17,741 bases of DNA from Candidatus Heimdallarchaeota archaeon (lineage in GTDB: Archaea > Asgardarchaeota > Heimdallarchaeia > Heimdallarchaeales > Kariarchaeaceae): positions 1 to 17,741 of the forward strand of contig JACZSS010000005.1 in the NCBI GenBank assembly GCA_022574115.1, in the 5' to 3' direction. The position numbers and the translations under genes are program-made. Shown in pieces: positions 14,376 through 17,741 of this stretch; positions within the stretch are counted from its first letter, which is position 1; every line of letters begins with the position of its first letter. Under the pieces are notes generated by a model. That model saw only the letters and a list, made by a program, of their open reading frames with translations, searched no databases and was not told the DNA's origin.

Positions 14376-16681
14376 AAAATATAGATTCTTATAGTCATGT
14401 ACGAGGAGAATCGATTTATGTAGATGATATCCCCGTTCGAGAAGATACTCTGTTTGGTGTGGTTTTTGCCTCCAAAATAGCCAATGGAAAAATCATTTCA
14501 ATTAATACAACAAATGCTGAACAAGTAGATGGAGTATTCAGAATTATAACTGATAAGGATATTCCAGGTGAAAACCAAATCGGAAGCATCTTTCCTGATG
14601 AAGAGCTATTTGCCTCAGACAAAGTTGATTTTATTGGGCAACCTTTAGGATTGATTCTGGCGAAAAGCGAAAAAATTGCTCGAGACGCATTGGAGACAAT
14701 CGAAGTCGAAATAGAACCCGAGATTCCCGTTGTTGATCCACGAATTGCAGCAGACAAAGGTCTTTTAATTCATGACCCTCGAACCTTTGAAATTGGTGAT
14801 ATTTCCGCGAGTTGGGATAATTGTGACATCATTGTGGAGGGTAAAGCAGAGAGTGGAGGTCAAGAACACCTTTACATCGAAACTCAGGGAGCATATGCCT
14901 TTCCAATTGAAAATGATGCAATAAAAGTAATCTCTTCTACACAAGGTCCTACTCAGGTGCAAAAAGCACTTGCTCGAGTCATTGGCCAACCAATGCATAA
15001 AGTTCAGATCGATGTACAACGACTTGGAGGTGGGTTTGGAGGGAAAGAGGACCAAGCTACAGCATGGGGATGCATGGCTGGATTGGCCACATATATCACA
15101 AAAAGACCTGTCAAGCTAATTCCTAACAGATTAGAAGATTTAAGAATGACTGGTAAAAGACATCCTTACACTTCAGATTACAAACTTGGTCTATCAAATG
15201 ATGGTAAAATCCTTTCCTATGAGGTTATTTTTTATCAGAATTCAGGCGCAGCTGCTGATTTATCTCCGGCAGTCCTGGAAAGAACCTTATTCCATGCAAA
15301 TAATACATATTTCATTCCTAATATGAAAGCCACTGCATACCCTTGTCGTACAAATTTGCCTCCAAATACAGCATTTCGTGGATTTGGTGGACCTCAAGGC
15401 ATGTTTGTGATCGAATCGGCTTTAGCACATGCTGCAGACGTCATGCAACTTGACAGAGACCATCTTCAGAAAATCAATTTACTCGACGAAGGAGATTCAT
15501 TTCATTATGGACAAGTTGCTGTGAATCCGACAGCCAAGCGAACATGGGAAGAAGCCGAAACTCGATACAATCTTTTGGGGTTAAAGAACCGACTGCAACA
15601 ATTTAATGCAGAGAATGTTAATTTTAAGAGAGGTTTAGCAGTTATGCCAATTTGTTTCGGAATAAGTTTTACGAAAACAATGTTAAATCAAGCAGGTGCT
15701 TTGGTTCATATTTACATGGATGGAAGCCTTAGTATTGCCACTGGTGCCGTCGAAATGGGTCAGGGAGTTACCACGCGTGTCGCCCAAGTGCCAATGAAAC
15801 TGTTTTCTTTACCAATTGAGCTCGTAAAGATCGAATCAACCAATACGACTCGAGTTGCAAATACATCTCCTTCAGCCGCAAGCGCCACTCATGATTTAAA
15901 TGGAAGAGCAACTCAAATTGCATGTGAAAAAATCAAGTCACGATTAATTACACTCTCGATCACACTCATGGGTCTTGATGAAACTGCAGAAATAATATTC
16001 GATGAAAGTAAAGTCAGAAATAGTCAAAATGACCAAACGATAACTTGGAAAGAATTAATACTCGAAGCGTATTTGAGAAGAATTGATCTTTCAGCACATG
16101 GACTTTACTCAGTCCCCAAAATTAACTTTGATACTACAATCGAAAAAGGGAGCCCCTTCGCATACTATTCATATGGAACAGCCTTCATAGAGATTACTCT
16201 TGATTGCATAAGAGGCACGTACGTTGTTGATCATGTTAAAGTTGTTCATGATTTTGGAAAATCAATGAATAACATTATTGATTTGGGTCAAATGGAAGGG
16301 GGTATAGTCCAAGGAATTGGTTGGATGACAAGCGAAGATCTTGTTTATGATGACTCTGGTAAACTCCAATCGAATGCACTCTCAACATATAAAATCCCAG
16401 ATATTTATGCAGCTCCAAAAGAAATTCACACGCATTTCCTTGAAAACGCAGAAAATGAATTTGGGCTGTTCAAATCCAAAGCTATAGGCGAACCACCATT
16501 ATTATATGGATTAGGCGTTTATTTCGCTATCAGGAATGCAGTTAAAGCTTTTAATCCCAAGTCAAAAATTGGGTTCATGGCTCCCATCACCCCTGAAAAG
16601 GTTTTATTAAATTTGTATGACGGATTAACTTTGAGATCTGCAAAAAGAATGGATAATTCTATCAAGATACCAACAAATTAG
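14372..16681 (+). CDS. xdhB: xanthine dehydrogenase family molybdopterin-binding large subunit (XdhB-type)
   Basis: 769 aa. Start TTG overlaps the xdhA stop (TTGA), consistent with translational coupling. Motifs present: QRLGGGFGGKE, AFRGFGGPQG and the catalytic AIGEPP. These are the equivalents of bovine XDH Glu802/Arg880/Glu1261, which discriminate xanthine hydroxylases from CO dehydrogenase-type enzymes. Confidence 0.9.
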   Translation: MKNIDSYSHVRGESIYVDDIPVREDTLFGVVFASKIANGKIISINTTNAEQVDGVFRIITDKDIPGENQIGSIFPDEELFASDKVDFIGQPLGLILAKSEKIARDALETIEVEIEPEIPVVDPRIAADKGLLIHDPRTFEIGDISASWDNCDIIVEGKAESGGQEHLYIETQGAYAFPIENDAIKVISSTQGPTQVQKALARVIGQPMHKVQIDVQRLGGGFGGKEDQATAWGCMAGLATYITKRPVKLIPNRLEDLRMTGKRHPYTSDYKLGLSNDGKILSYEVIFYQNSGAAADLSPAVLERTLFHANNTYFIPNMKATAYPCRTNLPPNTAFRGFGGPQGMFVIESALAHAADVMQLDRDHLQKINLLDEGDSFHYGQVAVNPTAKRTWEEAETRYNLLGLKNRLQQFNAENVNFKRGLAVMPICFGISFTKTMLNQAGALVHIYMDGSLSIATGAVEMGQGVTTRVAQVPMKLFSLPIELVKIESTNTTRVANTSPSAASATHDLNGRATQIACEKIKSRLITLSITLMGLDETAEIIFDESKVRNSQNDQTITWKELILEAYLRRIDLSAHGLYSVPKINFDTTIEKGSPFAYYSYGTAFIEITLDCIRGTYVVDHVKVVHDFGKSMNNIIDLGQMEGGIVQGIGWMTSEDLVYDDSGKLQSNALSTYKIPDIYAAPKEIHTHFLENAENEFGLFKSKAIGEPPLLYGLGVYFAIRNAVKAFNPKSKIGFMAPITPEKVLLNLYDGLTLRSAKRMDNSIKIPTN

Positions 16682-16749
16682 TGATAAAAACATCGTCAAT
16701 CATCCATTCTTATTTTAAAGGTCCAGTTGAGTTGATCTGAGAATATCTC

Positions 16750-17741
16750 ATGAAAGACTTACCTCTCTGGAAAAAAATCAAATCAAATCTAGAAAGTGAT
16801 ATTATTTCAATTTTGGCAGTGGTTGTTGATCACAAAGGTTCGTCTCCTGGGAAAACTGGTTTCAAGATGGTGTTTGATACCGAAAGCGGTCAAATTGGGA
16901 CTATAGGAGGAGGGATAATGGAGTTAAATATTTTAGCACGTGCTAGATCAGCAATTGCTGATCCTCATTTTCAGCCGTTGGACCTAGATCAAATACACAA
17001 TACTCGGGTCCCAAAACAAAAGCAATCAGGACTCATTTGTGCAGGTGAGCAAAAAATTGTTATGTTAAGGCTAACTGGTAAGGATCTCCCTACAATCGTA
17101 AACATCATTGCGTCGATTGATGGCAAGACTGTAAGTACGGTTTACTATAGTTCACAAGGAATTGATCTCAACTCATCCGGTGGGTTATCAAAATCAGATA
17201 CGAACTGGGAATACAAAGAATTTGTAGGAAAACCGAATCGTGTCTACATTTTCGGTGCGGGGCATGTGGGTACTGCGATCTCACAAATTCTATCAACTCT
17301 AGATTTCTATGTAATAATGAATGACGACAGAAAAGCATTAGAACTGCTTGAGAAGAATACTTGGGTTGATGAAAAACACATTTCAAGTTATCGCTCACTT
17401 GCTCGAGACGTAATTGAGGATGATAAATCCATGGTGGTGATTGTTACCTACGGATTTCAGTCAGATGCTGAAGTCCTTGAGGAAATCCTATCCAAAAAAG
17501 TTGGGTATGTAGGACTAATGGGTAGTAAGACTAAAATTAAGAAAATATTCGGTTTGATGAGAGAAAATAATATTATAAAACCTAACATAAGATATCCTCT
17601 TGATTCTAAGGAAAACCCTCCAGCACTACATGTTACTCTAGGTGCACTTTTGCTCAGATTAGCTGGGCAATCTACCATCTTTTATTGTAAATTCAAAAAT
17701 AAGTTTAGTTACTGTGTATCGTCTGGTAATTTAGATATTAT
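16750..17741 (+). CDS. xdhC: XdhC/CoxI-family molybdenum cofactor insertion chaperone (3'-partial, runs off window end; absent from ORF track because no stop in window)
   Basis: The first ATG follows in-frame stop 16738-16740. XdhC_CoxI N-domain signature: ILAVVVDHKGSSPGKTGFKMVFDTESGQIGTIGGGIME. Rossmann-like C-domain: RVYIFGAGHVGTAISQILSTLDFYVIMNDDR ... SMVVIVTYGFQSDAEVLEEIL...YVGLMGSKTK. The frame is open to nt 17741. Minus-strand ORFs 17168..17398 and 17457..17678 are antisense artefacts. Confidence 0.8.
   Translation, partial: MKDLPLWKKIKSNLESDIISILAVVVDHKGSSPGKTGFKMVFDTESGQIGTIGGGIMELNILARARSAIADPHFQPLDLDQIHNTRVPKQKQSGLICAGEQKIVMLRLTGKDLPTIVNIIASIDGKTVSTVYYSSQGIDLNSSGGLSKSDTNWEYKEFVGKPNRVYIFGAGHVGTAISQILSTLDFYVIMNDDRKALELLEKNTWVDEKHISSYRSLARDVIEDDKSMVVIVTYGFQSDAEVLEEILSKKVGYVGLMGSKTKIKKIFGLMRENNIIKPNIRYPLDSKENPPALHVTLGALLLRLAGQSTIFYCKFKNKFSYCVSSGNLDI

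Noticed and set aside
14416-15055. Two minus-strand ORFs (113 aa and 96 aa)
   Set aside because: Antisense within xdhB, which has unambiguous Mo-hydroxylase motifs.
17168-17678. Two minus-strand ORFs (76 aa and 73 aa)
   Set aside because: Antisense to the plus-strand XdhC reading frame, which has strong family signatures and is open to the window end.
1-17741. Search for tRNA/rRNA genes, CRISPR repeats, transposase/integrase genes and terminal inverted repeats
   Set aside because: No T-loop-like GGTTC(G/A)A(A/T)TCC motifs, no regularly spaced direct repeats and no recognisable recombinase ORFs were seen on either strand.

Overview
Visibly AT-rich prokaryotic chromosomal segment with dense coding on both strands. 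No rRNA, tRNA, CRISPR array or transposase/integrase was found. Left third, all on the minus strand: small membrane protein, CNNM/CorC-HlyC (DUF21-CBS) transporter, flotillin-like SPFH protein, EEP-family nuclease/phosphatase. Then an MFS transporter on the plus strand, preceded by a 530-nt non-coding leader. The middle (about 6.2-9.3 kb) is a low-density, apparently decaying accessory stretch. It holds a 5' remnant of a class III adenylate/guanylate cyclase with an N-terminal zinc ribbon, internal stop and no start. It also holds a GC-rich hairpin plus A9/T9 terminator that stands out from the AT-rich background, two orphan genes (one with a winged-helix-like segment) and two small cupin-like genes, one lacking a start and probably frameshifted. 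Right half: DinB/YfiT-like protein and SurE 5'-nucleotidase (divergent), an APH/ChoK-type phosphotransferase, a membrane NfeD-like OB-fold protein fused to a RING-H2-like zinc finger, then an xdhA-xdhB-xdhC operon. xdhA (2Fe-2S + FAD) and xdhB (Mo-pterin) overlap by TTGA; xdhC runs off the window end and is absent from the ORF track. Several start codons have no Shine-Dalgarno sequence but have TATA-like A/T boxes about 22-35 nt upstream, which suggests archaeal-type leaderless transcription (possibly an AT-rich archaeon such as Nitrososphaerota); a bacterium that does not use SD sequences cannot be excluded. The most unusual item is the NfeD-RING fusion, which lies 8.5 kb from a flotillin gene that has no adjacent NfeD partner.
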